From assembly GCA_050287845.1 (NCBI GenBank), contig JBNKCR010000055.1, positions 186,637 through 250,636 of the forward strand: a stretch of 64,000 bases of DNA, in the 5' to 3' direction. The stretch comes from Polyangia bacterium (GTDB taxonomy: Bacteria; Myxococcota_A; Polyangia; JAAYKL01). The notes under the pieces are model-generated. The model was given only the letters and a program-made list of their open reading frames with translations, was not told the origin of the DNA and did no database searches. Below are positions 39,011-50,436 of the stretch, one piece after another. The position numbers and the translations under genes are program-made. How positions within the stretch are numbered: position 1 is the first letter of the stretch; each line of letters begins with the position of its first letter.

Positions 39011-39047
39011 AAAAGAGGCGCGGCAGGTTGTTGCGCCTCTTTTTTTT
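39011..39047 (+). terminator. Rho-independent terminator after gap
   Basis: AAAAGAGGCGCGGCA...TGTTGCGCCTCT followed by a T run. Confidence 0.85.
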
Positions 39048-39150
39048 GGTGTGCCCTTTCATGCTGCGTCCGCTGGCATTTTATTCTCGACGGAAATCTA
39101 TAAAAATTCTAAAATACTTCAAAACTCAATGAAACCGGAGGAAGAAGGTT

Positions 39151-42078
39151 ATGGAAGATCGTGCCATTCGCAGGGAATACAGAGCAGCTGCCGTATTTTA
39201 CGGAGGCGTGTCATTGGCTGTGTATGAAAACGGCGTTGCCCGGGCGTTTTTCGATGCGGCAAAGCGGGACGGTGTTTTTGGCCCCCTGATGGATTTGCTG
39301 AACGGCGATTTTGTGGTGGATGTGATCTCGGGCTCGTCGGCGGGGGGGATCAACGGACTGATGCTGGCCACTGCTCTCGAAAATGGCACCGATTTCAAGG
39401 CCACCGCGAATCTCTGGCGCGAAGCCGGAGGAATGGACGAACTGCTCCGGAATCCCAACGACGATGCGCTCCCCATGTCGCTGCTCAGAGGGGAAACCTA
39501 TTACATCAGTCAGTTGCGGAAGGCGTTTCGAGCTCTGACTGCCCCCCATCCCGCAGCGGACGCGCCGGAGGAAATTGATGTATTTGTGACCGGGACAGAT
39601 TTGACCGGTCAGCAGCAACACCTGACGGACGCGGCGGGAAGTCGCATTGATACCATGGAGCACCGGGTCGTCTTTCATCTCAAACACCGGCGGCACCGTT
39701 CCATACTCGGTCTGAGTGCGGCGGATGCGCAGGCGTTGAACCTGACAGTTGCTGAAAAATCCGCGTTGCAGGCCGACATTCTTGCCAGCGTGGCACGCAC
39801 CACTTCGAGTTTCCCCGGTGCGTTTCCCCCGTTCACCACCGGGGAGCTGGCCAACGAACGGATGGTCGATTCCCGCACTGACGCATCCGCACTGGTGCGC
39901 GGGGCAATGGAGCGCCTCAGCAATACGCGGCTGCGGGAAAGCGGAAACATCGATAGCCCGGAACCAGCTGTGCTTGACCACTACCTCGTGGACGGTGGGG
40001 TGCTCGACAACAAGCCCTTTGGCCGGGTTCTCGACGCCATCTTTCACCGCATGCCGAGCGAAGATTCCGGATTTTTCGACCGGAAACTGTTTTATATCGA
40101 GCCGGATCCGGTGTCCTTTCATCCCCAATCCCACTTTTCACCCCTTCAGGTGATTCTGAACTCCACCCTGTCACTGCCCATGTACGACAGCATTGCCGCA
40201 GACCTGAAGCGCCTTGAAGAGCACAACAACCGGGTCCGACGTTTCAAGCGAATGCGTCAGATGGCCCGGAAGGCGTCGTGTGAAGCATCGGCCAACCACT
40301 ATCTGTACGGCGTGGCACTGCAGCACGCACTGGGTTGCATGCTCGTGGGGGTGAATCCATCTGAAGTTGACGCCGCACAAGCGCTCAATGACATATTGCC
40401 CCTGTTGGATTCGGTGTTTGAACTGCCCGGGGATGTGGGAAAAATTCAATCACTGGACATCAATTTTCATTTACGCCGCGTGTATGCGTTGCTGTACGAC
40501 GACGCACTGGAAATGCAGACCGTGCAATATGCCATGGGCCGGGTGGTCAAGGCGCTGAAACTTCTCCGGGACACCTGGGTCGGCACGGTGAATGCTCACG
40601 AAAAGACCACCCCGCTGGTTGCCGGTGATGCCACCGACGATGCGGTGCATCGGGTGAAAACCCGGCTGCACCTCCTTTATCGATACCTGGACGCCGAATG
40701 GTTCGAGGGAAACAATCCGCCAACCCGGGTTGCCGAACTGAGCTCGGACGCACTGAGTCACATGAAGTCGCAGGCACAGACCTGGCTGCAGCGGGCATTG
40801 ACCACCGCAACCGCCGAAGGGCAGGGAGACTTCTCGATGGGATTCGACCGATCCGCGAGTGGCACATACCCGATCCCGCAGGTCCTCCGCTGGTTGGAGA
40901 ATGCGCTTCGAAATGCCCTCGGAAATGGCGAGAAAGCCACGCGGGTTGACCGTTTTTCATCTGTCGACGCATGCCTGTATCCCGCCGAACTGGCTGCCGG
41001 TCTGTATGAGCTGGATGAAATCGAATTGATTCGTATCTCACCAAAGGATGCAAAATTGCCCGATGACATCCAGGGCGCCGACAAGGTGACGGGAGACAAA
41101 CTGGCGCATTTTTCAGCCTTTTTGCGGCGGGACTGGCGGACCAACGATATTGCGTGGGGACATTCCGATGGCCTCTGTCAGATTATTACCGCATTGTTGT
41201 GCGAAAAGGCGTGGAAAGACATTGATGCGCGAATGGCGGATGTTCGCCGGCGGGATGAGCTCCGCAAACGGTTCGAGCCCCCGGCGCTTGTCAAATCGCT
41301 GTGCGGCGCCCGATCGGTTCCAGATGGTCTGGATGCGGCCTGTACGAAGGTGTTGCAGGCCTTTGACCGTTACATGACCGCACCTTCCCGGGAGGGAAGA
41401 ACGGTGTTTCGCGATGCGCTGATCACTGCGGCGCAGATTGCGGCCATGGGGGAATACACCGAAGAAATCGTCTCGGATACCCGGCAGCAGAACAGCCTGT
41501 GGCGCTGGAAAGAAGGGGTGGAGCGGTTTCTGGTCAAGGGGCAGAATCCGCTGATTCAACTGAAAACGATGAAAATCGGGGCCTCCGAGATTAAAGATGA
41601 AATCCCCGGAAGTCTGATGATTCAGTACGTTGCCACAGCATCGTTGCTGCTATTTGGAATGGTGGGCAAATCCATTGCGCCCTCGAGCGGCGGTTTCAAG
41701 CTGTACCGGAAAGTCGGACGATTTGTGACGCCCCTGCTGGGCTTCGCGCGGGTAATGAGCGAAAAGCTGCGCACGGAACCGGCGTTAGGGGTCGCTATCA
41801 GTCTGTCACTGCTGGTGGGCGGGCTTTCGTTTGGTGTGGCGGGAGTTCTGGCAGGGTCTGGCGGGATTGCCATTTCGGGGTTCGCAGTGGCCCTGCTGAT
41901 ATTCGGGTTCCTGTCCGTTATCTGGAGATTACACCAGTTGAAATGGGTGGGCATCCTGGGAATCATCGCAGTGCTTGCAGGGATTATCTGGATTTGCATT
42001 GACCAGACGCCGCTGGCCAATCTGGGAACCCAACTGATTCAACTGGGCGAGCGACTCCAGGGGTTCCGGAATCAATGA
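39151..42078 (+). CDS. Patatin-like phospholipase (DUF3376-type) with C-terminal TM helices
   Basis: GGVSLAVY, GSSAGGING, DGGVLDNKPF, L.HF.AFL...WR.ND..WG..D. Confidence 0.88.
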   Translation: MEDRAIRREYRAAAVFYGGVSLAVYENGVARAFFDAAKRDGVFGPLMDLLNGDFVVDVISGSSAGGINGLMLATALENGTDFKATANLWREAGGMDELLRNPNDDALPMSLLRGETYYISQLRKAFRALTAPHPAADAPEEIDVFVTGTDLTGQQQHLTDAAGSRIDTMEHRVVFHLKHRRHRSILGLSAADAQALNLTVAEKSALQADILASVARTTSSFPGAFPPFTTGELANERMVDSRTDASALVRGAMERLSNTRLRESGNIDSPEPAVLDHYLVDGGVLDNKPFGRVLDAIFHRMPSEDSGFFDRKLFYIEPDPVSFHPQSHFSPLQVILNSTLSLPMYDSIAADLKRLEEHNNRVRRFKRMRQMARKASCEASANHYLYGVALQHALGCMLVGVNPSEVDAAQALNDILPLLDSVFELPGDVGKIQSLDINFHLRRVYALLYDDALEMQTVQYAMGRVVKALKLLRDTWVGTVNAHEKTTPLVAGDATDDAVHRVKTRLHLLYRYLDAEWFEGNNPPTRVAELSSDALSHMKSQAQTWLQRALTTATAEGQGDFSMGFDRSASGTYPIPQVLRWLENALRNALGNGEKATRVDRFSSVDACLYPAELAAGLYELDEIELIRISPKDAKLPDDIQGADKVTGDKLAHFSAFLRRDWRTNDIAWGHSDGLCQIITALLCEKAWKDIDARMADVRRRDELRKRFEPPALVKSLCGARSVPDGLDAACTKVLQAFDRYMTAPSREGRTVFRDALITAAQIAAMGEYTEEIVSDTRQQNSLWRWKEGVERFLVKGQNPLIQLKTMKIGASEIKDEIPGSLMIQYVATASLLLFGMVGKSIAPSSGGFKLYRKVGRFVTPLLGFARVMSEKLRTEPALGVAISLSLLVGGLSFGVAGVLAGSGGIAISGFAVALLIFGFLSVIWRLHQLKWVGILGIIAVLAGIIWICIDQTPLANLGTQLIQLGERLQGFRNQ

Positions 42079-42189
42079 TATCATCAGCATTCGGCAGAAA
42101 AGGAATATTTTCTTCATGCTCTTCCTTGAAGAGTCATCAATCAACACCATATTGTCTGTACAAAAAGAAATTTCATCAGGGGGGAAACT

Positions 42190-42771
42190 ATGAAGAAAGT
42201 TTTGTTCATCATGTTATGGGCGACCGTTGCGGTTGCCGGGTGCAAAAAAGAACAGACGCCGGTGGCCACTGCCGAGGATGCCATTACCGTCACACCGAAC
42301 GAAGGAGGGCAGGACGAGGCCAATGTGAAACCGGTTCAGGTGGTGAAAGCCGAAGGCGAGATGAAGCAGCTGCTGCTGGTATTGCATCGGGTGCATTTTC
42401 CATTCGATACGTCCACGCTGACGGAGCCGGCTCGCCGAGCGCTGGTGGAGGCTTCGGAGAAACTGAAGGAAATGCCGGATGTGGCCCTGGTGGTGGAAGG
42501 CCACACGGATATTCGGGGCACCAACGAGTACAACCTGTCTCTTTCGGAACGTCGCGCCCAGACGGTGGTCAACTACATGGCAAACCTGGGGGTGGAACCC
42601 GACCGGCTGTCCATTACGTCATTCGGAGAGGAAAGGCCGCTGGTGGCTGGAACCGGGGAGTTGACAAATGCGCAGAATCGCCGCGTGGATTTTCGTCTGC
42701 GTCAGGGAAACATTGAATTTGTGCTGGAAGAGGGCACCCTGCTGGATGATCACGGCAAAGAGCTGAAATGA
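42190..42771 (+). CDS. OmpA/Pal-like peptidoglycan-binding lipoprotein
   Basis: VAGC lipobox; VHFPFD, EGHTDIRGTNEYNLSLSERRA, SFGEERP, NRRVDF. Confidence 0.92.
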   Translation: MKKVLFIMLWATVAVAGCKKEQTPVATAEDAITVTPNEGGQDEANVKPVQVVKAEGEMKQLLLVLHRVHFPFDTSTLTEPARRALVEASEKLKEMPDVALVVEGHTDIRGTNEYNLSLSERRAQTVVNYMANLGVEPDRLSITSFGEERPLVAGTGELTNAQNRRVDFRLRQGNIEFVLEEGTLLDDHGKELK

Positions 42772-42787
42772 CGGCCTGAGTGTGCCT

Positions 42788-44221
42788 CTATTTATCCCCG
42801 CGGCGGGCGCGTTTCCTGAAAATCATTTTCACGGGGGTTCCATCGAACCCGAAGGTTTCCCGGATGCGGTTTTCCACATATCTCTGATATGAAAAATGGA
42901 GCGCCTCGGGATAACTGCATTGCACCACAAACGTGGGAGGACGCACACTGGCCTGGGTGGCGAAATACAACTTCACGGGACGGCCTTTTCGGAGCGGTGG
43001 CGGATGATGCATGATGATGTCGTCGAACAATGCATTCAGTTTTCCGGTGGGAACCCGTTTGGAAAAGGCTTCATTGGCCACATCGACTGCATCAAGCAGT
43101 CTGTTAAGACCTTTGCCATTGATTGCTGAAATTGTTACTGTTTTTGCCCATGGCGCAAAGGACAGCTTTTGCTTGACCATCTCCCTGACCGCCCGCTGTC
43201 GTTCACTGTCGCCCTTGAGCAGATCCCATTTGTTCAGGGCAACCACCACGGCACGTCCCCGATCGACCGCCAGTCCCAGAATTTTGGCATCCTGTTCCGC
43301 AATGTCGCCGTCCGCATCAATCATCAGGACAACGATACGGCATTTGCTCATGGCGTTCACTGCCACGGAAACCGCCATATGCTCCGGACTCTCTTTTTGC
43401 ACTTTGCTTTTTCGCCGAATGCCGGCGGTATCCACGAACACGTATTCCCGGCCATCTTCCATACGGATGTGGGTGTCCACCGCATCCCGGGTCGTACCGG
43501 GCATATCCATGGTCAGTAATCGTTCTTCATTCAGCAGTTTATTAATCAACGAAGATTTTCCCGCATTGGGGCGGCCAATGACCGCGACCCGGGTGGCGTA
43601 TTCCCGGGGTTCCTCTTCTTCGTCGGATTCCGTCTCTTCCCCGTCATCGAATTCTGCCGGAACAATGGCCGAGTCCGGGATGAAATCATACATCTGATCT
43701 TCGAGTTTATCGAAGTTTCTGCCGTGGGCGGCACTGACCATCACCGTGAGATCCATTCCCAGCGCATACATTTCTGAGGCATCGGCTTCCTGCTTCGGAC
43801 CGTCAATCTTGTTCACGACGAGAATGGTCGGGGTCTGCTGTTTGCGCAACAGCGCGGCTGTCTCGTAGTCTCCGGTGGTGGGCGCATGACGGCCGTCCAC
43901 TATGAACAGAACCAACGACGCTTCTTTCAATGCGAGTTGGCATTGTCTGTTAATGCCGAGTTCTGTATCGGTCTCCGGTGAATACTCCCAGCCGCCGGTG
44001 TCCACAAGGGTGACGACTTTATTCATGATTTCGGCTGCCGCGTATATCCGATCCCGGGTGACCCCGGGTTCGTCCTTCACGATGGATGCGGTTCGGCCGG
44101 ACATGCGGTTGAACAGCGTGGATTTGCCCACATTGGGTCTCCCGAGAATCACCACGGTGGGATGCTCGCTGGGAGATGCCGGGTAGTGGGGAATATGATT
44201 TTTGCGGCCCCGTCGTCTCAT
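42788..44221 (-). CDS. der: Ribosome biogenesis GTPase Der
   Basis: Two G domains (GRPNVGKS, GRPNAGKS), PGVTRD, DTAGIRR, PPTFV; ATGA overlap with era. Confidence 0.96.
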   Translation of the reverse strand: MRRRGRKNHIPHYPASPSEHPTVVILGRPNVGKSTLFNRMSGRTASIVKDEPGVTRDRIYAAAEIMNKVVTLVDTGGWEYSPETDTELGINRQCQLALKEASLVLFIVDGRHAPTTGDYETAALLRKQQTPTILVVNKIDGPKQEADASEMYALGMDLTVMVSAAHGRNFDKLEDQMYDFIPDSAIVPAEFDDGEETESDEEEEPREYATRVAVIGRPNAGKSSLINKLLNEERLLTMDMPGTTRDAVDTHIRMEDGREYVFVDTAGIRRKSKVQKESPEHMAVSVAVNAMSKCRIVVLMIDADGDIAEQDAKILGLAVDRGRAVVVALNKWDLLKGDSERQRAVREMVKQKLSFAPWAKTVTISAINGKGLNRLLDAVDVANEAFSKRVPTGKLNALFDDIIMHHPPPLRKGRPVKLYFATQASVRPPTFVVQCSYPEALHFSYQRYVENRIRETFGFDGTPVKMIFRKRARRGDK

Positions 44222-45129
44222 TCGTAACCCATTTTTTTCAGTCCGGCCGGATTGGTACTCCAGTCTGGCGAGACGTTGACATGCAATTTCAATGTAACCG
44301 GGCACTCCAGCAGTCTGGCCGCTTCTTCCTGGGCGTTCTCACGGATATATCCGAGCATCTCTCCGCCCTTGCCGATGATGATTCCCTTCTGTCCTCCGGT
44401 TTCCACGTGAATCGAAGCGAAAATCTCGCATTTGTTCTGCATCTGCTTGAAACTGTCGATGACCACCGCCGTTTTATACGGCACTTCCTTGTGGGTGATA
44501 TTCAGTATCACTTCCCGTATCAATTCCGATACAAAGAAGCGATCCGCTTTGTCGGATAGCATATCCTCGGGAAACAGTCGGGGATTTTCCGGAAGACGCT
44601 GAACGAGTTCCGCCACAACGGTATCGGTGGCTTCTCCGGTAAGGGCGCTGATGGGAACAACCGTTTCAACGAAATCAAATTCATGGAGTTCCTGCATGAT
44701 GGGCAGCAGCCGGTGTTTGGGCCTGATGATATCCACTTTATTCACCGCCACCACCGTCCGGATTCGCGTTTGCCGAATCTGATCCGCAATGGCGTGCTCT
44801 GCCGGCGTCAGTCCGCTCTCCCGGTGTTTGCACGCCGCATCAATAATCCACAGACAGAGATCCGCTTCCAGGATGGCGTTATGTGCCGCATCATTCATGT
44901 GGTGCCCCAACGCGCCAACCGGACGGTGAATCCCGGGGGTATCCAGAAATACAATCTGTGTCGCCGGGGCATTGTAGATGGCCAGAATGCGATCCCGGGT
45001 GGTTTGCGGTTTATGGGTCACAATCGATACTTTCTGCGTCATCACATGATTGAGAAAGGTGGATTTCCCCACGTTCGGTCTGCCTGCTATCGTCACATAG
45101 CCACACTTTATTTTGGTTTCATCAGTCAT
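44218..45129 (-). CDS. era: GTPase Era
   Basis: GRPNVGKST, KPQTTR, DTPG, NKVD, EVPY, KH-domain QKGIIIGKGG. Confidence 0.96.
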   Translation of the reverse strand: MTDETKIKCGYVTIAGRPNVGKSTFLNHVMTQKVSIVTHKPQTTRDRILAIYNAPATQIVFLDTPGIHRPVGALGHHMNDAAHNAILEADLCLWIIDAACKHRESGLTPAEHAIADQIRQTRIRTVVAVNKVDIIRPKHRLLPIMQELHEFDFVETVVPISALTGEATDTVVAELVQRLPENPRLFPEDMLSDKADRFFVSELIREVILNITHKEVPYKTAVVIDSFKQMQNKCEIFASIHVETGGQKGIIIGKGGEMLGYIRENAQEEAARLLECPVTLKLHVNVSPDWSTNPAGLKKMGYE

Positions 45130-45198
45130 CGTCCGTTCGTTTACCCTGTTGCGTCGGGATTGAAAAGTGGAGTTTACCATTTTTTCGTTATTTTGTAG

Positions 45199-46566
<1,368 letters not shown>

Positions 46567-46575
46567 TTACCTATC

Positions 46576-47664
46576 ATGCAACACACCTCATTTGATTTGA
46601 TGGCGCTGGGGTTTGATTCCTGGTTTTCAAATCAGGTGGATATCAATATCCGGTCAGAGTTCATTCCAGCACGCATTGCCGCGGAGCACCGCGGGGAATA
46701 CGACGTGTGGTCGACCCGGGGCGAAGAACGCGCCAAACTGTCGGCAAGATTGTTTCGCAAGTTGAATAAGGGACGCGGGGGAAGCTTGCCCGGAACCGGC
46801 GACTGGGTGGCCCTGAATCCGGACCTCGATGTGGACGGGCTGGCCCTGGTGGAACAGATTTTCGAACGGCGGACAGTATTCACCCGTGGCGCTGCTGGCA
46901 AGGAGACCCGTGTTCAGGTGGTGGCCGCCAATGTGGACAAGGTCTGCATGGTTTCCGGCCTCGATGACAATTACAACGTTCGCCGGGTGGAAAGATATCT
47001 CGCCCGGATTTGGGCCAGTGGCGCGCAGCCGGTGCTGATTCTGAACAAGACGGATTTATGCGATGATGTCGGGTCGGTGACAGAAGAACTCGAAGCCCAC
47101 TGTGAAAATGTGCCCATTATCGCCATCAGTGCGCTCAACGACAAGGGTATCGATGCGGTGCGTCAACTGATCGAACCCGGGCAGACAGTGGTGCTGGTTG
47201 GCTCTTCCGGAACCGGAAAATCCACGCTGATCAATGCCCTGTTTGGCGAGATGAAAATGGAAACCGGTGACGTTCGGGAAAAGGACAGCAAGGGGCGGCA
47301 TACAACGACCAGACGCCAGATGTTGTTGCTGCCGGACGGCGGTATGCTGATTGATACGCCGGGGATGCGGGAGCTCCAGCTCTTTGACGAAGAAGGCATC
47401 GACAATGTGTTTGGCGATATCGAGGCATTGGCCGCGCAATGCAGATTTGGCGATTGCAAACATGAGGCGGAACCGGGGTGCGCCGTGCAGGCCGCATTGG
47501 AGAGCGGAGATCTCGAACGGAAGCGCTTTCTCAACTATTACAAAATGGGACGCGAAGTGGCTGATTTTGAAGAACGTCAGGATGTTTACAAACGCCGTAA
47601 GTCCGAAAAGTCATTTGGTAAAATGGTGAAAAGCGCCAAGAAGCATAAGAAGTCAGAGTTCTGA
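46576..47664 (+). CDS. rsgA: Ribosome small subunit-dependent GTPase A
   Basis: Circularly permuted NKTD...GSSGTGKS...GRHTTT...DTPG; zinc motif CRFGDCKHEAEPGC. Confidence 0.95.
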   Translation: MQHTSFDLMALGFDSWFSNQVDINIRSEFIPARIAAEHRGEYDVWSTRGEERAKLSARLFRKLNKGRGGSLPGTGDWVALNPDLDVDGLALVEQIFERRTVFTRGAAGKETRVQVVAANVDKVCMVSGLDDNYNVRRVERYLARIWASGAQPVLILNKTDLCDDVGSVTEELEAHCENVPIIAISALNDKGIDAVRQLIEPGQTVVLVGSSGTGKSTLINALFGEMKMETGDVREKDSKGRHTTTRRQMLLLPDGGMLIDTPGMRELQLFDEEGIDNVFGDIEALAAQCRFGDCKHEAEPGCAVQAALESGDLERKRFLNYYKMGREVADFEERQDVYKRRKSEKSFGKMVKSAKKHKKSEF

Positions 47665-47690
47665 CCCCCTGTGCGGATTGGCGCCGCTGT

Positions 47691-50330
47691 CTACGGATGC
47701 ATGGCATCCGCAATGACCCGACTCAGTGTCTGAATATCATAGGGTTTGGACAGATAATGGAACGTGTACTTCTCGCGTAACTCTGCCAGCTGGTTGTCCT
47801 TTGAGTATCCGGAGACAATCACCACCCGCACATCTGGATGTATCTTTCTGAGTTCATCAAAACATTGGCGCCCTCCCATGACCGGCATGATCATATCCAG
47901 CATGACCAGGTCGATGGATTTCCAGTGCTGTTTATACTGCGCCACCGCTGCCTGGCCGTTTTCCGCAAGCATCACATTGTAGCCCAACAGCGAAAGCGAT
48001 TCTTTGCTGATTTTCCTCAGCATTTGCTCGTCATCCACAACCAGAATCGTTCCTGTTCCCCGAATCGGGGCAGTGGCGGTTGAAACATCGTCACTCTCAG
48101 GACGGGGACGGGGCAGGGGGCTTGGAAGTCGCAATCGGACCGTGGTTCCGCGACCTTCCTCGCTGTGGATTGAAACGTCGCCCTTCTGCTGCATCATGGT
48201 TGCGTACACAGACGCCAATCCCAGCCCGGTGCCTTTTCCCGGTTCTTTGGTGGTAAAGAAAGGTTCAAACACTTTGTCAATGAGGTGCGCCGGAATGCCG
48301 CTTCCGGTATCACGGACTTCGACCAGAATGTGAGGCCCCAATGACAATGTCGGCGATGTTTTAATGTCTTCTTCTGAAATATGAACCAGCTCCGTGTGAA
48401 ATGATAATGTACCGCCTTCGGGCATCGCATGGGAAGCATTCACGCCGAGATTCAGAAAAACACTCTGCATTTCAGAGAAGTCGCCAATGAGTCCATCTTC
48501 GGCTGCAGTTAAATCAGTAATAATTTCGATGCGTTTGTCAATGCTGCGACTCAGCATGTGCACCGTGTCGTCAATGATTGTATGAATGCGGATTGGTTCA
48601 GACTTTCGAATCTGCTTTCTTGAAAAGGTGAGGAGGTTCTGGGTTAATCCGGCGGCGCGCAGCGCTGTTTTATGAATCAGTTGCACACAGAGCGTGGCTC
48701 GCTCTGATTCATCCGTATGGTCTTCCAGCAGTTGCACCGACCCGATGATCCCGGTAAGCATATTGTTGAAATCGTGGGCGATACCACCGGCCAGATTGCC
48801 GATTGCATCCATCTTGCGGGTTTGCAGCAGCGTCTCTTCCATCCTGATTCTCTCAGTCACTTCTTCAATCCGAACCACTGTACCGTTCAGTTCTTCAGGG
48901 AGGAGATACGTTGTCATCTCAAAATATCGGAGGGGAGCGTCCCGGGATTCCAGATGGCAGATTTTACTGTAGACCGTGCGGGAATGGATATGTTTTACCA
49001 GAGATGGCATTTCCTTTTTGAATGCCGGCATCACATCGGCGATGGATTTGCCGGATGCGTCATTGGCGCTCATGTCGAAAAACCGCTCTGCCTGTTGATT
49101 CCAGAACTCCACCTTCGCCCGGGCATCCACGACCACCAGAATGGATGGCATGGCATTGATGATGCCTTTTAATTCCACCAGCAGTTTCCTGTTCTCTTTT
49201 TCGGAAATCAGCAACGACCGGGTGGTCTCTTCCACTGCGTGACCCAATTGATTGATTTCGTCAACAGAGCGCAACGGGCTCTTAAAAACTTCGCGCTTCA
49301 GATTGAAATCGCGCACCCCGGTCAGCAGTGTTCGCAGGGGGTGGGTCAGACTTCTGCTGAACATGGTGATAAGCCCGGCCAGCAGCAGTGCGACGGCCAC
49401 AATGAACACGTATCCCCATCGCTCCAGACGATGCACCGGTTTGTTCACGTCAGATTCGTATCCGGACGCCACCAGATACCAGTTGAAGTCAGCTATTTTG
49501 TGAACATAGGCAAATCTGGCCTCTGCGTGTTCGTCCCGTTTTGTTTTCCAGCGGTAATAATAGAATTCATCCCGCCGTTTCACCATTTCTTTGCCAATGT
49601 AAACCCCATCGATATTTCGCATATCACCAACGTATTGACCTTCCAATTCGGGATGGATCAGCATATTGAGCTTTTCGTCCAGGACAAAAAAGTACCCCCG
49701 TTCGAGTACCCGGAAATGCTTGATGGTTCTTTTCAGATCTTCGATACTGATGAGCTGGGTGAATTCATCCTTGTAGGAGGTGGCGCCCACCACCCAGTCC
49801 CATGGCTCGAAGTACTGAAGGAAGGCCACTTTCTTTCGCACACTGTCATCTGTGGGGTTTTGCCAATCGTATTCGGCATATCCGTTTTTCTGCGAAATCC
49901 AGACCTTGCACCCCTGGGTATCGGTACAGTCCCGTCCTCGCATGTACGGATGAATATCGAGAAACAGCCGCCTGCTCCTCTCCTGCACGGCCACAATGTA
50001 ACCGCTGTCGCCCAGTTTCTGATCCCGCACGTATTCCTGGAACGCGTCCCGGGCTTCATGCCGTGTCAGTTCGCCGGCTTTCACTTTTTCATTCAGAGAC
50101 TCCAGATGAACAATGTTCTGGTGCACCACACCACGCAAATAGCTGCGAATGGAGGACTTCAGCATGGATTGGGTGGCGCGACTGATGGATTCCACGCTTC
50201 GTTTCAGATTGCTATGCGCCGTATCCCGGAGGGATTGCCGAACGATACCGTAATTCAGTCCCATGAATCCGACAACCACCAGAAACAGAAATACGCCGAA
50301 ATACAGGGCAATCTTTTGACTCAGCTTCAT
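47691..50330 (-). CDS. Cache-domain hybrid histidine kinase (TM-Cache-TM-HAMP-PAS-HisKA-HATPase-REC)
   Basis: YFEPWDWVVGA, GGIAHDFNN, NLGVNASHAM, GTGLGLA, MLDMIMP. Confidence 0.93.
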   Translation of the reverse strand: MKLSQKIALYFGVFLFLVVVGFMGLNYGIVRQSLRDTAHSNLKRSVESISRATQSMLKSSIRSYLRGVVHQNIVHLESLNEKVKAGELTRHEARDAFQEYVRDQKLGDSGYIVAVQERSRRLFLDIHPYMRGRDCTDTQGCKVWISQKNGYAEYDWQNPTDDSVRKKVAFLQYFEPWDWVVGATSYKDEFTQLISIEDLKRTIKHFRVLERGYFFVLDEKLNMLIHPELEGQYVGDMRNIDGVYIGKEMVKRRDEFYYYRWKTKRDEHAEARFAYVHKIADFNWYLVASGYESDVNKPVHRLERWGYVFIVAVALLLAGLITMFSRSLTHPLRTLLTGVRDFNLKREVFKSPLRSVDEINQLGHAVEETTRSLLISEKENRKLLVELKGIINAMPSILVVVDARAKVEFWNQQAERFFDMSANDASGKSIADVMPAFKKEMPSLVKHIHSRTVYSKICHLESRDAPLRYFEMTTYLLPEELNGTVVRIEEVTERIRMEETLLQTRKMDAIGNLAGGIAHDFNNMLTGIIGSVQLLEDHTDESERATLCVQLIHKTALRAAGLTQNLLTFSRKQIRKSEPIRIHTIIDDTVHMLSRSIDKRIEIITDLTAAEDGLIGDFSEMQSVFLNLGVNASHAMPEGGTLSFHTELVHISEEDIKTSPTLSLGPHILVEVRDTGSGIPAHLIDKVFEPFFTTKEPGKGTGLGLASVYATMMQQKGDVSIHSEEGRGTTVRLRLPSPLPRPRPESDDVSTATAPIRGTGTILVVDDEQMLRKISKESLSLLGYNVMLAENGQAAVAQYKQHWKSIDLVMLDMIMPVMGGRQCFDELRKIHPDVRVVIVSGYSKDNQLAELREKYTFHYLSKPYDIQTLSRVIADAMHP

Positions 50331-50436
50331 CCTGAACACTTTCAATAAATCGAAGATATAAATTAATGTAGTATACGGATGGCAGGGGTCAAAAAGTAGG
50401 GGCGAAAACTTCGCAGATCAATTGTGGCGGGATGAT

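Noticed and set aside
49239..50348. 369-aa + strand ORF (similar long antisense ORFs at 29487-30671 and 57894-59180)
   Set aside because: Fully antisense to well-supported genes; no recognisable motifs.
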